Below are positions 9,131 to 18,346 of a stretch of DNA of 64,000 nucleotides, in pieces. The stretch comes from a virus: the IMG/VR virus record IMGVR_UViG_3300003323_000724, positions 1-64,000 of that record; one strand, written 5' to 3'. Each line of letters starts with the position of its first letter. Position 1 is the first letter of the stretch. Both the position numbers and the translations under genes were made by a program. A model generated the notes under the pieces. It saw only the letters and a list, made by a program, of their open reading frames with translations, made no database searches and was not told the origin of the DNA.

Positions 9131-9172
9131 CCCGGCCGGAACCCCGATTGTTTCGGGGCTTGGGTTTTTTTT
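9131..9172 (+). terminator. Rho-independent terminator
   Basis: CCCCGA-ttgtt-TCGGGG hairpin followed by an 8-T run just after the stop at 9123. Confidence 0.75.
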
Positions 9173-9202
9173 GGGAGAGGACCAAGAACCACGGCCGGGA
9201 AT

Positions 9203-9484
9203 TTAGTCTTCAGGACCAACAAGACGGGGTTCTTGGAAATCATCGATCTGGGATTCTTTGAGAATGCGCCGGACCTCTTCCAAAATACCATCTCGGACCT
9301 TACACGCTTCTTCAAACGTAGCGGTGTAGCAAATTTCACAGCATCCCTCACCGTGATCCACTAATACTCTCGGATTGATAACCGGAGCATTAGGAACAGC
9401 GGACACAGTAATACCAATCGCTCTGACTGACCTTACCTGATCGGCTCGAACTGCGTTTCCATTCGGCAGTACAACGAAATCCAT
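9203..9484 (-). CDS. Hypothetical protein
   Basis: Second gene of a short minus-strand unit. Confidence 0.55.
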   Translation of the reverse strand: MDFVVLPNGNAVRADQVRSVRAIGITVSAVPNAPVINPRVLVDHGEGCCEICYTATFEEACKVRDGILEEVRRILKESQIDDFQEPRLVGPED

Positions 9485-9509
9485 CTTCCCGTCCTCCAGT
9501 TAGAGTAAT

Positions 9510-9794
9510 TCACGCCACCAGTTTGATCTTCGTTCCCCGCAACTCCGGAATCGCTTCCTTCGTCGCTTTCGTCGGCACCAGTTGAACGAGCGAGACCTTC
9601 CCGTCCGCATCCAGTTCCGTCCACTGCTGAGTGTATACGGCCTGCTTGCCCGTTTCTTCACTCACGATCCGAATTCCCATTGCGTGGGATAACGCACAGA
9701 TTGGGATCAGCCTCACGTCTCCGATGCGGCCGCTGAACTCCATCTTCTTCGCGTCGTACTTCAGTTTCTTGGTACTGGTCATTGTCATTGTCAT
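9510..9794 (-). CDS. Hypothetical protein
   Basis: Downstream of the promoter copy at 9829-9856; GGAG Shine-Dalgarno before MTMTMTS. Confidence 0.6.
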   Translation of the reverse strand: MTMTMTSTKKLKYDAKKMEFSGRIGDVRLIPICALSHAMGIRIVSEETGKQAVYTQQWTELDADGKVSLVQLVPTKATKEAIPELRGTKIKLVA

Positions 9795-9828
9795 CTCGGC
9801 TCTCCAGTTCATCGTCTTGTGTGCCTCA

Positions 9829-9856
9829 ACTTTGCCACACGGATTCCGGAAGTCAA
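9829..9856 (-). promoter_or_regulatory. Phage promoter motif copy (TTGACT-N16-CAAAGT)
   Basis: Conserved motif; divergent from a weaker copy at 9902-9930. Confidence 0.7.
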
Positions 9857-9901
9857 ATCAGTGCGGGCGAATTTTTATTTTCCCGAATCCGGTCAGTTCG
9901 T

Positions 9902-9930
9902 TTGACGCGGAACCAAACGTGTGGAATAGA
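9902..9930 (+). promoter_or_regulatory. Weak variant of the phage promoter motif (TTGACG-N17-AATAGA)
   Basis: Shares TTTGAC and CGTGTGG with other copies; lies upstream of the Csx16-like gene. Confidence 0.45.
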
Positions 9931-9965
9931 CATGATGTGAAACGAAACCCAAAAGGAGAAGAGAG

Positions 9966-10478
9966 ATGCAACCGCAACAAGTCGACTTGATCGTTAGCCG
10001 TCATCAAGGGGCAATCGAATGGCTCCGCAGTAATCTGTTCCCGGCCGAACGCCCAGCTTACCATCAGGGGGATCGGCTGGAATGGGTGACAATGGAAGAA
10101 GAACCGTCGGTTTATCGAGTGGTTCCCATTAGATCCGAAGTTGCGGTTACGGAAATTGTCGGTGCCCACGTGGTGGGTAATCTTCCACTTCACTTAGCGG
10201 CACTTTTTAGTAGCGTGACCGCGATTGAGTTTGTGGGAACGCCCCCGCGCGGGGCTGAATATGGAGTCCCCGAAATGTGCCGAGCGGGTGCTCGGCTGAA
10301 CCGATACGTTGTGCTACACAAAGAAGATCAAGCCACGTGTCGTACTGTATTTCAAACAGCAATCGACGCCGGAGTCCCCTTCTCGAATACTCCCGACGGA
10401 GGGGTATCAGAAGTAGAGCGTGTCGCGAAGAAGTTTCAGTGCCCATCACGTTTGGCTTACTTTTGTCGGGAAGTATAA
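9966..10478 (+). CDS. Csx16-like (Cas_VVA1548-type) protein, candidate cOA ring nuclease
   Basis: IVSRHQGAIEWL, HVVGNLPLHLAA and RGAEY...EM..AGARL..YVV match the Csx16 pattern (SRH.GA.EW / V.G.LP.HLAA / RG.EL...E....GARL). Confidence 0.7.
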   Translation: MQPQQVDLIVSRHQGAIEWLRSNLFPAERPAYHQGDRLEWVTMEEEPSVYRVVPIRSEVAVTEIVGAHVVGNLPLHLAALFSSVTAIEFVGTPPRGAEYGVPEMCRAGARLNRYVVLHKEDQATCRTVFQTAIDAGVPFSNTPDGGVSEVERVAKKFQCPSRLAYFCREV

Positions 10479-10515
10479 GATTAACTAGATTACTAACAAT
10501 TTACGGGAGTTCGAG

Positions 10516-10776
10516 ATGACGATTCGAGAGGTTTTGGAAAAGCGGCTGTGTGAACACGGAATGTGGCCGGATGAGGCCAAACAAGTTCTTAAGAATGCTG
10601 AAACACATGCGACGTGTGAGGCTATGAAGGGTCGGTGGGATGAGCAGGAATCAGGGTATCCTGGATTTATGTTACGTGTTCTGTGGGTCTCGGTGACCAA
10701 AATAGCTGTGGAGTGGATTGATGCTAACAAACCAAAACACTTCGCCCGTTCGATTCTTACTGGAGTGGAGAAATAA
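10516..10776 (+). CDS. Hypothetical phage protein
   Basis: GGGAG Shine-Dalgarno; operon packing. Confidence 0.6.
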   Translation: MTIREVLEKRLCEHGMWPDEAKQVLKNAETHATCEAMKGRWDEQESGYPGFMLRVLWVSVTKIAVEWIDANKPKHFARSILTGVEK

Positions 10777-10778
10777 CC

Positions 10779-11255
10779 GTGAGCAAAGAGAAGCGAAAAG
10801 TTACTCGGATGACTCAAGTTCAGACGTTTCAACTGGGCGAGTGGCTGAAGAATCACAAGGACACCATTGCGGACAGCAAGTGGACGGTTTCCGTCACGCA
10901 CAATCATGCCGAAACAGATCTTCAGTTCCCGATCGGTCGCGAAACTGTCAAGGATCTGGGAAAGGCGTTGGGAATCGAGTTCCACACTACCCCGGGAAAT
11001 CAAAACACCAAAAGGGCACAAGCGTTCAACGCACTCAGCCGGCGTGTGGAACGGATCGAAACACGACTGGGTGAGCTGAACTCCTTAGTTGGGTCTGAGA
11101 TGGGGAATATCGACGAGTTGGGACGAAAAGGGGAAAACACTTTTAAAGGGTTGGATTTGTTGGACAAAGCGTTTAATACCCACCAATCCAAAATTCTAAC
11201 TATGTTTCAGCTTATGGCTGATCGAATAGCCAAACTTGAAGGAAACAAGGGCTAG
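10779..11255 (+). CDS. Hypothetical coiled-coil protein
   Basis: GGAG Shine-Dalgarno; heptad-like C-terminus. Confidence 0.6.
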   Translation: MSKEKRKVTRMTQVQTFQLGEWLKNHKDTIADSKWTVSVTHNHAETDLQFPIGRETVKDLGKALGIEFHTTPGNQNTKRAQAFNALSRRVERIETRLGELNSLVGSEMGNIDELGRKGENTFKGLDLLDKAFNTHQSKILTMFQLMADRIAKLEGNKG

Positions 11256-11403
11256 TGCCTTGTCGGTCCGGGCGGGATCGTAGTGCTTTTGGTCGTTGCA
11301 GCACGCATGCCTGGGATCAGCCGAGCAGTGCCCTAAAACCTCGGAAGTGTGGGCGGACTTCACCCTGATTGGCCCGGCCCGCACACCTTTCCAGGAATAA
11401 GCG

Positions 11404-12093
11404 ATGGCTGTGTGGCGAAGTGAGGGCGAGAAGGGCCGCAGCACGCTTCAGGGACTCGATCGCACCCTGGGGCTGGTGGCGTTCGATTGGGTGCAGGAAA
11501 ACGGCCCACAGCCCCTTTTGGTGACCGCAGACGGGATGCTGCGGTTTGATCTTGCCCCGAACTTGGCCAATGACGGACTTGAGTGGGATCGGAGAATGCC
11601 TAACGGAAAGGGAATACGGTGTCGAGGAACCCAAGAGGAGCGACCAAACCGAAACAAAATACCCTGTCCGTGGGTCCGACTGAGCTATTGCCCCCAGTGG
11701 ATCAGGGATGAATTAGCCAACCGGTGGACCGTCCGGTACGTCGCCGTTCAGCAGAGGAAACAAGGAGCGGAAGCGGCTTACCACTGGACCACGCACCAAG
11801 TGTTTCCGTTCGACGTGGTAATCTCGTGGTTCCGGTTCATCTGGCCGGAAGAGAAGGAATGGCTCGGCCGGGCGATGAAGTACCTGACGGGATTCAGTGA
11901 AGCGTATGTGCAAAAACTACCCGGCGTCGGGGCGACAATAAAGGTAACGAAAAGTAAATGGCCCGACTTGATGGAACCGGGAACGTACCGGATGGGGACG
12001 TTCAGTCTGGGAGGATATCCAAGATTAGAGACCGCCAAGAATCTTTACACGATCGTTCCCAACTCGGGGGATGAGTGGGAAGTGATCGATTAA
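11404..12093 (+). CDS. Hypothetical protein
   Basis: 229-aa ORF in the plus-strand operon. Confidence 0.55.
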   Translation: MAVWRSEGEKGRSTLQGLDRTLGLVAFDWVQENGPQPLLVTADGMLRFDLAPNLANDGLEWDRRMPNGKGIRCRGTQEERPNRNKIPCPWVRLSYCPQWIRDELANRWTVRYVAVQQRKQGAEAAYHWTTHQVFPFDVVISWFRFIWPEEKEWLGRAMKYLTGFSEAYVQKLPGVGATIKVTKSKWPDLMEPGTYRMGTFSLGGYPRLETAKNLYTIVPNSGDEWEVID

Positions 12094-12110
12094 CTCACAG
12101 GATAACGGAA

Positions 12111-12404
12111 ATGGCGAATTTACCAGAGCACCCAATGCAGCCTATGTTTCGGGACGATCACAACGTGATTCGGTTCCGACCGAACAAAATCGTGCGGTTC
12201 CTGATCGACTGGGCAACTCCCAGAGGCATCGACATGAATGCCTTGGCGATTATGCAGTTCGACAGAGAGGAACGGGAGCAATTCGCTCAACTGATTGGTT
12301 ACAGCGTTAGTGGGTTCGGCGATTTGTCCTATGTCAGATCCGAAAGCGTGGTCAAGGCCGACCAACTGGCGGAACTTCTCAGAGCGGAAGATAACAAGGA
12401 GTAG
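12111..12404 (+). CDS. Conserved hypothetical phage protein
   Basis: HPMQP...VIRF..N.IV.FL...EQFAQLIGYSVSGFGDLSYV motif. Confidence 0.65.
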   Translation: MANLPEHPMQPMFRDDHNVIRFRPNKIVRFLIDWATPRGIDMNALAIMQFDREEREQFAQLIGYSVSGFGDLSYVRSESVVKADQLAELLRAEDNKE

Positions 12405-12407
12405 CAA

Positions 12408-13037
12408 ATGAGTGTACTCACCGGACTGGAGATACTTCGCGTTGCCGAACACACAAAAGATCCGTTTTGGGATTCGGCAACCCCGGGGTTAGTCGTCAGT
12501 CCACTGATTCCCGAACACGTCGGTCCCAACTCGATTGATGTAACGCTTTCCCCCCACCTGAAGATTTACGACAGGCACGGGAACACGGACGGAACTTGCC
12601 GCGTTTGTGAGTGGGGGAATCCGCCGTTTCTCGACATGAAAGCGGACCACGTAACACACAACCTGACTATTGCGGAAGACGGTTTGATCCTTGAACCGGG
12701 TGAGTTGTATTTAGGTTCGACTAACGAGAAGATTGGCTGTCTCAACTTATTACCCTGGATCGATGGACGTAGTAGCGTCGGTCGATTAGGGATGTACATT
12801 CACGTTACTGCCGGGCGATGTGACAGTGGATTCGGATGGCCCAACGGAGCGACAATCACACTCGAAATCGCCGTCGTGAAGCGGCTGAAAATCTACCCCA
12901 ACGTCCGCATAGGACAAGTGACGTTCTTTACGCTTCAGGGCGAGACTCAGGCATACTCGGGTAAATATAAGAATCAGTCCGGACCAACTCCGTCAATGCT
13001 CTGGAAGGACTTTTTGCCAAAGGAGGAAGGGAAATGA
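12408..13037 (+). CDS. dcd: dCTP deaminase
   Basis: PNSIDVTL, LEPGELYLGST.E, GRSSVGRLG..IH.TAG..D.GF, ITLEI, RIGQV.FF, Y.GKY.NQ.GP. Confidence 0.9.
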   Translation: MSVLTGLEILRVAEHTKDPFWDSATPGLVVSPLIPEHVGPNSIDVTLSPHLKIYDRHGNTDGTCRVCEWGNPPFLDMKADHVTHNLTIAEDGLILEPGELYLGSTNEKIGCLNLLPWIDGRSSVGRLGMYIHVTAGRCDSGFGWPNGATITLEIAVVKRLKIYPNVRIGQVTFFTLQGETQAYSGKYKNQSGPTPSMLWKDFLPKEEGK

Positions 13038-13285
13038 AAATCGAACGGGACGACCTACTCACCGAAGAAGCAGTGCGATTTGTTCTCAAGGGACAAGGGA
13101 GTTACCTCGCCGACGGGTTCGCTGAAGAGTGCGGATTCACCAACGTCGTTGTTCGTCCGTTTGGAAAACGTGGAATCGACATATGGTTTTACAAATTGAA
13201 CGATCCGAATAACTGTTACTGTCAGCACGTTGAATTCGGTCGTACCGGGGGTGAGTGTCTTATTTTGGAGGACGGAAAAGGATGA
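13034..13285 (+). CDS. Hypothetical protein
   Basis: ATGA overlaps at both ends. Confidence 0.55.
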   Translation: MKIERDDLLTEEAVRFVLKGQGSYLADGFAEECGFTNVVVRPFGKRGIDIWFYKLNDPNNCYCQHVEFGRTGGECLILEDGKG

Positions 13286-13962
13286 ACCCCTACGAAGTCC
13301 TCGGAATCCTTCCAAGCGTCAGCGAAGAGGAAATCAAAGTAACATACCGGACGCTCGCCAAACGGTTCCATCCCGATCGATGCCCCGGCGACGAGGAAGC
13401 CAAAAAGAAGTACGCGGAAGTGGATCAGGCGTATCAGATCCTCAGTGACCCCGAGAAGCGAAAAAAGTACGACGAGACGGGCGAGTTCAAGGAAACTCGA
13501 AACACGGAGACGGAGGAACTGGTCCAAGTCCTGATGCCAATACTGTTGTCTAAGATCCAGGAGCACGGCCGGCGCGGGACCAACCTTCGGGAAATCGACC
13601 TGATCGCGGAGATCCAGCAGAAGGTGGATGAGGATAAAGGGAACTTCAACGTTCACATCGCCGGACTCAAACGCGGCATCGAACACATGAAGCAGGCCGT
13701 GTGTCGGTTCGCCGTCGACGGCGATCGGGAAAACGTACTGGAATCGATCGTCCGCAAGGAAATCAGCAACAACGAGCAGGCCATAGCGAACATCGAGGCA
13801 CAGGTTGCTCGACTGGTCCGGGTTCTCGACTACCTGAAGACGTGCAAATACGACTGGGCGAACCCGTGGGATTTGTTCAAACGTAAGGTGCAGGAAAAGC
13901 AGCTCAGTTCCAGTGACGAACTGTTCAAGAAGGCTCTGGAACTGCTACCCAAATCGGAGTGA
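13282..13962 (+). CDS. J-domain (DnaJ-like) protein
   Basis: MNPYEVLGI...EEIK..YR.LAKRFHPDR...AYQILSDPEKRKKYD with intact HPD. Confidence 0.9.
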   Translation: MNPYEVLGILPSVSEEEIKVTYRTLAKRFHPDRCPGDEEAKKKYAEVDQAYQILSDPEKRKKYDETGEFKETRNTETEELVQVLMPILLSKIQEHGRRGTNLREIDLIAEIQQKVDEDKGNFNVHIAGLKRGIEHMKQAVCRFAVDGDRENVLESIVRKEISNNEQAIANIEAQVARLVRVLDYLKTCKYDWANPWDLFKRKVQEKQLSSSDELFKKALELLPKSE

Positions 13963-13965
13963 AGG

Positions 13966-14877
13966 ATGACGGATCAGGAGGGACTACTTGCGGCCATTCT
14001 TCGCGATCCGGACGAGGATACCCCGCGACTGATGTACGCGGACGAGGTGCAGCATGCCGAGCCTGACCGTGCCGAGTTTATTCGGGTGCAGTGCGAGTTG
14101 CATCGCATTCGCCAAAGTACACTAAAGGCTCAACGTCGTGGTACAGAATGGCGCACCGCCTCTCGTGGCTACGCCGCATGTGCCCGCCACGAATCCGCTC
14201 TCCTCGCCGCTCACCCCGACTGGTTCCGGGTCGAGTGCCCGGCGTGCATCGACCATGATGGAATGAATCCATGCCCTGGCTGTGGCGGTAGAGGGCCGAT
14301 TTACCGCGACGGTCACGGAATCGAATCTTGCCGAGAGTGTGGCTCAATTGAGTCATCTATTTGCGATACGTGCTCCGGCATCGGCCACATCCCCGGCACC
14401 CCACGTCGCGGGTTCGCGTACTCGTGTGCGGCGACGATGGGGCAGTGCTTCGAGCAGTGGAATAACGGCGGCGACAATCACAGGTTCGTGAGCCGATTGC
14501 GATTCGTCTGGAGCGATCCAGATCAGCGCGGCACGAATCAAAGGTTGGATGCGTACCGCAACGATGGCTCAGTCGTTGCGCCTGGTGACTGGTTCCCCAC
14601 CGAATGGCTGTTGTGCTTGCTGCGAATTTACCCCACGCTGGAGGAGGTGCGGGTAAGCGATGCTGTTCCGTGGGATGCAGTGGGCGTGTCTGGATGGGCG
14701 ATGCACTCGGAAGAAGTTCACCAACCGCCGCATCGTATCCCAGAGATCCTGTACGACGCACTCACGGGCTGGAGTGATATTGATGACGGGTGGAAGTGGT
14801 ATTCCACTCATGACGCCGCCCACACCGCTCTTGCCCGCGCCGTCGTTGCTGTGGCCAAGAAGTACATACAGGAGTAG
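13966..14877 (+). CDS. TIGR02996 domain protein with CxxC Zn motifs
   Basis: GLLAAILRDPDEDTPRLMYADE...RAEFIRVQCEL; several CxxC motifs. Confidence 0.85.
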   Translation: MTDQEGLLAAILRDPDEDTPRLMYADEVQHAEPDRAEFIRVQCELHRIRQSTLKAQRRGTEWRTASRGYAACARHESALLAAHPDWFRVECPACIDHDGMNPCPGCGGRGPIYRDGHGIESCRECGSIESSICDTCSGIGHIPGTPRRGFAYSCAATMGQCFEQWNNGGDNHRFVSRLRFVWSDPDQRGTNQRLDAYRNDGSVVAPGDWFPTEWLLCLLRIYPTLEEVRVSDAVPWDAVGVSGWAMHSEEVHQPPHRIPEILYDALTGWSDIDDGWKWYSTHDAAHTALARAVVAVAKKYIQE

Positions 14878-15248
14878 TTGATGGAAATTGGAGATAAGTG
14901 GCTGGAAGTGGAATCGAACCGGGTTATTGTAATCGCCACCAAAAACGGACCTAATTCACCGTGGTGGTACTACGAGGACGACCCGAAGAAAACTTACTGG
15001 CACTGTTGCATCGAAGACTTCATTTTATGGGATCGATTTAAGAGGATTTGATGATTCCCAAAAAGGTTTATGACGCAGCGGTTCGAGTTTACATTCTGTC
15101 CTCAACCGACCTGTTTGCAGACGACGAAACCGTTCGAGTGTGGGCAAAACAGAGATGGCCCAACGCCGCAGTCGATGACGGCTGTCCGTGTCAAGTTGTG
15201 TGGTGGGTAATGTCAATTGCTGCTCAGGACGGCCACGAGTGAAACCCA

Positions 15249-15500
15249 ATGAAACGAAAACGGGTGTGTGATGCAGCAGTGGAAGTTCTCAGAGAGACCA
15301 AAAATGAGGCGGTTATGTGGGGAGACAGCGGCTTGTTGCATTTAATTGCGGAACGGGCGGGAATTGCACACCGTGCATGGGAAACCGAAGACCAAATCAT
15401 TGCAGCCCTATCTAAAACACCGGGACTGCTGATTCCTGGACACACACTGAATGGACGCAATCGTCGGGTTCGGATCTTTCGATTGCCGGAGTCGAAATAG
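15249..15500 (+). CDS. Hypothetical protein (winged-helix-like)
   Basis: Operon packing; overlaps the helicase start. Confidence 0.5.
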   Translation: MKRKRVCDAAVEVLRETKNEAVMWGDSGLLHLIAERAGIAHRAWETEDQIIAALSKTPGLLIPGHTLNGRNRRVRIFRLPESK

Positions 15501-16933
15501 TGCAAACCAAGCTGTACGGGTTCCAGTCCGAAGACTGTCGGAGAATAAACCGAGAGTTCGACGGGCGGTGTCTAATAGCAAATAGTGTGGGGACTGGAAA
15601 GACTGTCATTTGTTTGAATTACATCTGGAAATACCTTCCCGAAGATCCGCCGGGACCGATCGTGGTTGTGGTTCCCTCGCATCTGCTCATCAACTGGCAG
15701 CGGGAAGCCAAAAAGCACATCGGGGTGCGTGCAGAGATCCTGACCGGGGAAACGGTCCCACTGCTCCAAAGGAAGCCCAAGAACCCCAACCAGATGTTCG
15801 TCATCAGCTACCGATGTTTAGTCCCGGCCGGCTGGAAACCGTCGCAACCACTCCCCGCCAACTCGTGGGCCAAGTGGCTCCTCGATCAGAACCCGAGACT
15901 GTTGATATGCGACGAGGCCCACGCATGCAAGAGTTCAAGCACAGCACGCACTAAAGCCATTAAGAAAATGTCTCAGTCCATTAGCGGGGTGCTCCTCCTG
16001 ACGGGAACCCCGCTAACGAACAGCCCGAAGGACATGTGGAGCCTGTGCAACATCCTGTGGCCCAGAGAATTTCCAAGTGAGAGTAACTTCCTCCACGAAT
16101 TCACCTTTGGGCGACGGGAATGGTATGGTTGGGTTTTCAAGGGTGCCAAGAACCTCAACCGGCTGCACCAAAAACTCCTCGATCTGGGCATGATCCGCCG
16201 CCGCAAGGAAGACGTGCTCCAAGACCTTCCGGAAGTCCAACACTCGGTAATCCCACTCGAAGTTCCCCTAACCGATTACCGGCGAGCGGAGAACGACTTC
16301 CTGCGGTGGCTCCAAACAGAAGCCCCACACCTGTCCCGTGGAGCGGCCAAGGCCGAAGAAATCGTTAAGCTGAGCTACCTGAAGCAGTTCGCCGGGCGGC
16401 TGAAGATTGACGGTATTGTGGACTGGGTGAAATCCTTCCTCGAAGAGTCTGGGGGGAAGATCCTGATCGGTTCGGTCCACCACGAGTTCACGGACACGCT
16501 ACGGTCGAAGCTGAAGAACTGCATCCAGGTCGACGGCCGGAACAGCACCAAAGAGAAACAGTGGGCGTTCGATGCGTTCAACAACGACCTCAAGTACCGG
16601 GTTCTGATCGGTAACCTACAAGCGGCCGGAACCGGGTGGAGCTGCACTTCGACTTCCGACGCGGCCGTTGCAGAGTACCCCTACGTGCCGTCCGACGTGG
16701 ACCAGTTTTGCGGGCGAGTAACGGGCATCAATCGTGGTATAGTCGGACGAGGGTCACATATTCGGTACTTCACGGCAGTGGGAACGGCGGACGAGGACTT
16801 GTGCCGAATCCTTCAGGAAAAGAGCCGGTGGGCCGCTCAGGTGGTGGACGGCTCGCCCGACATCGGAAGTATGGACATTGCGGACCAAATGATTGAAGCG
16901 ATCAAACAACGACAGGAAAGGGGCTTGGGGTGA
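15500..16933 (+). CDS. SNF2-family (HARP-like) helicase
   Basis: LIANSVGTGKT, VVVPS.L..NW..E, ICDEAH, LLTGTP..N, MIRRRKEDVL.DLP, AAGTG. Confidence 0.9.
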   Translation: MQTKLYGFQSEDCRRINREFDGRCLIANSVGTGKTVICLNYIWKYLPEDPPGPIVVVVPSHLLINWQREAKKHIGVRAEILTGETVPLLQRKPKNPNQMFVISYRCLVPAGWKPSQPLPANSWAKWLLDQNPRLLICDEAHACKSSSTARTKAIKKMSQSISGVLLLTGTPLTNSPKDMWSLCNILWPREFPSESNFLHEFTFGRREWYGWVFKGAKNLNRLHQKLLDLGMIRRRKEDVLQDLPEVQHSVIPLEVPLTDYRRAENDFLRWLQTEAPHLSRGAAKAEEIVKLSYLKQFAGRLKIDGIVDWVKSFLEESGGKILIGSVHHEFTDTLRSKLKNCIQVDGRNSTKEKQWAFDAFNNDLKYRVLIGNLQAAGTGWSCTSTSDAAVAEYPYVPSDVDQFCGRVTGINRGIVGRGSHIRYFTAVGTADEDLCRILQEKSRWAAQVVDGSPDIGSMDIADQMIEAIKQRQERGLG

Positions 16934-17235
16934 CCGAAACTGAACTGGACTGGATGCGAGCACTTTCCCAATTGGAAAAGGCCGAAGCGGACGTGTATTA
17001 CGGCTGGATTGATGTCCGCGACCGGACCGCGCAATCGTTGTCGATCACGGTTCCCTTGAGTCTTTTAGGGGTCATTATCGGTTGGTACGGAATGGCCGTT
17101 GGTTTGGGGCTGGCGTCTCTGGTGTTCGTGTGTGGTACTTCCTTGTGGGCCGTTAAGTTCCGCGTCAGTTCCTTTCGCCGTTGGCCCTGGAACCCCGTTC
17201 GTTACAAGCACTTGGAGAAAACTTCCCCAAAGTGA
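16930..17235 (+). CDS. Two-TM membrane protein
   Basis: Two hydrophobic segments; GTGA overlap with the helicase stop. Confidence 0.55.
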   Translation: MTETELDWMRALSQLEKAEADVYYGWIDVRDRTAQSLSITVPLSLLGVIIGWYGMAVGLGLASLVFVCGTSLWAVKFRVSSFRRWPWNPVRYKHLEKTSPK

Positions 17236-17236
17236 T

Positions 17237-17264
17237 TTGACTCCGGCAATTCATGTTGCATATT
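17237..17264 (+). promoter_or_regulatory. Phage promoter motif copy (TTGACT-N16-CATATT)
   Basis: Conserved motif. Confidence 0.75.
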
Positions 17265-17296
17265 TGATCACACGAGACAACCAAACAGGGGCTAAA

Positions 17297-17656
17297 ATGA
17301 TTACCAACCAAGAACTCAAAAATCTCGATCGTGCGAGACACCCAAACGGTCCAGTAAAGCCGCCGGAGCAATCAGAATTTATGATTGTTGCGGTAGTAAC
17401 AAGAATGCCTCACTCCAAGCGGGAGTGCAAGCAGTTGGGATTGGTGTACGGTGGAGATGCGGAAGTGTTTACGGTCTCGGAAATAACGAAGGGGTGGTCG
17501 GTGGGGGAAGCCAAACCACGACTCATGGCTGCGATAGTAGAGCGGGTGAAAGCCTTGCCGTGGGATTCGGACCGGACCCGAAAGTGCCCAATGGTCAGAA
17601 TTAACCTAAAGGTCAACGGCCAGTTTTTGGGTACTCCTGACATTAGTCTTGTTTAA
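17297..17656 (+). CDS. Hypothetical protein
   Basis: First ATG after the promoter motif. Confidence 0.55.
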   Translation: MITNQELKNLDRARHPNGPVKPPEQSEFMIVAVVTRMPHSKRECKQLGLVYGGDAEVFTVSEITKGWSVGEAKPRLMAAIVERVKALPWDSDRTRKCPMVRINLKVNGQFLGTPDISLV

Positions 17657-17668
17657 TTGGAGATTGTT

Positions 17669-18172
17669 ATGATTATTAGCTTCGATTGCGAGTCCGCTTC
17701 ACTTACCGGCCAGACATTCGCAGTGGGCGCCGTCACCTCGACGGGCGAGACGTTTTTCCGAATTATGGCCACGGGCACGTACACGCCGTGCCAGTGGGTC
17801 GCAGACAACGTGATGCCAGCGATAATGGGGAGGGTGCAGGAGCAGCACTACGTACCTGATTACCGATCCCTTTGCCTCGCATTTTTCGATTGGGTTATGT
17901 CTCACACGGATGTGACTTTGGTAGCTGATTGGGGGATGCCGGTCGAGGGCCGTTTTTGGGCCGACTGCCTCCGGTTCGCCGCAGAGCGGAGTCCGGGGAG
18001 TGAGTTTTCAGCTCCGTGTCCGGTTCACGAGATTGCGACCGCTCTCCTCGTGTCGCGACGGGAGCGTGAAAAATCCCCACTCACCGGTGGCCCCGGCAGT
18101 AACGGAACCTCACACGATCCAGTCTATGATGCGGCTGTCTCGCTACGGGATTGGCTCGCAGTTACTCGTTAG
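17669..18172 (+). CDS. DEDDh-type 3'-5' exonuclease-like protein
   Basis: ISFDCES, WV.DNVMP, LVADWG..VE, HDPVYDA. Confidence 0.65.
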   Translation: MIISFDCESASLTGQTFAVGAVTSTGETFFRIMATGTYTPCQWVADNVMPAIMGRVQEQHYVPDYRSLCLAFFDWVMSHTDVTLVADWGMPVEGRFWADCLRFAAERSPGSEFSAPCPVHEIATALLVSRREREKSPLTGGPGSNGTSHDPVYDAAVSLRDWLAVTR

Positions 18173-18346
18173 CCACCCCGTCCCGCAGGAGTGACCGCGG
18201 GACGTGCTCGTTTCGCAGTGCGGGTCAGGCCGGCTGCGTCTCTTCGGTGATGGCCTGGGCAGCGGGCGCCTCCGGTGTGGGGACACAAGAGGTTCCGCGG
18301 TCGCGGGCGAAGTGCGACAAATCAGGCGGGATTTTCGGCCGTGATC

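Noticed and set aside
9966-10478. Csx16-like gene as part of the phage CRISPR locus
   Set aside because: It lies about 18 kb from the type V-like module, and no type III genes are present.
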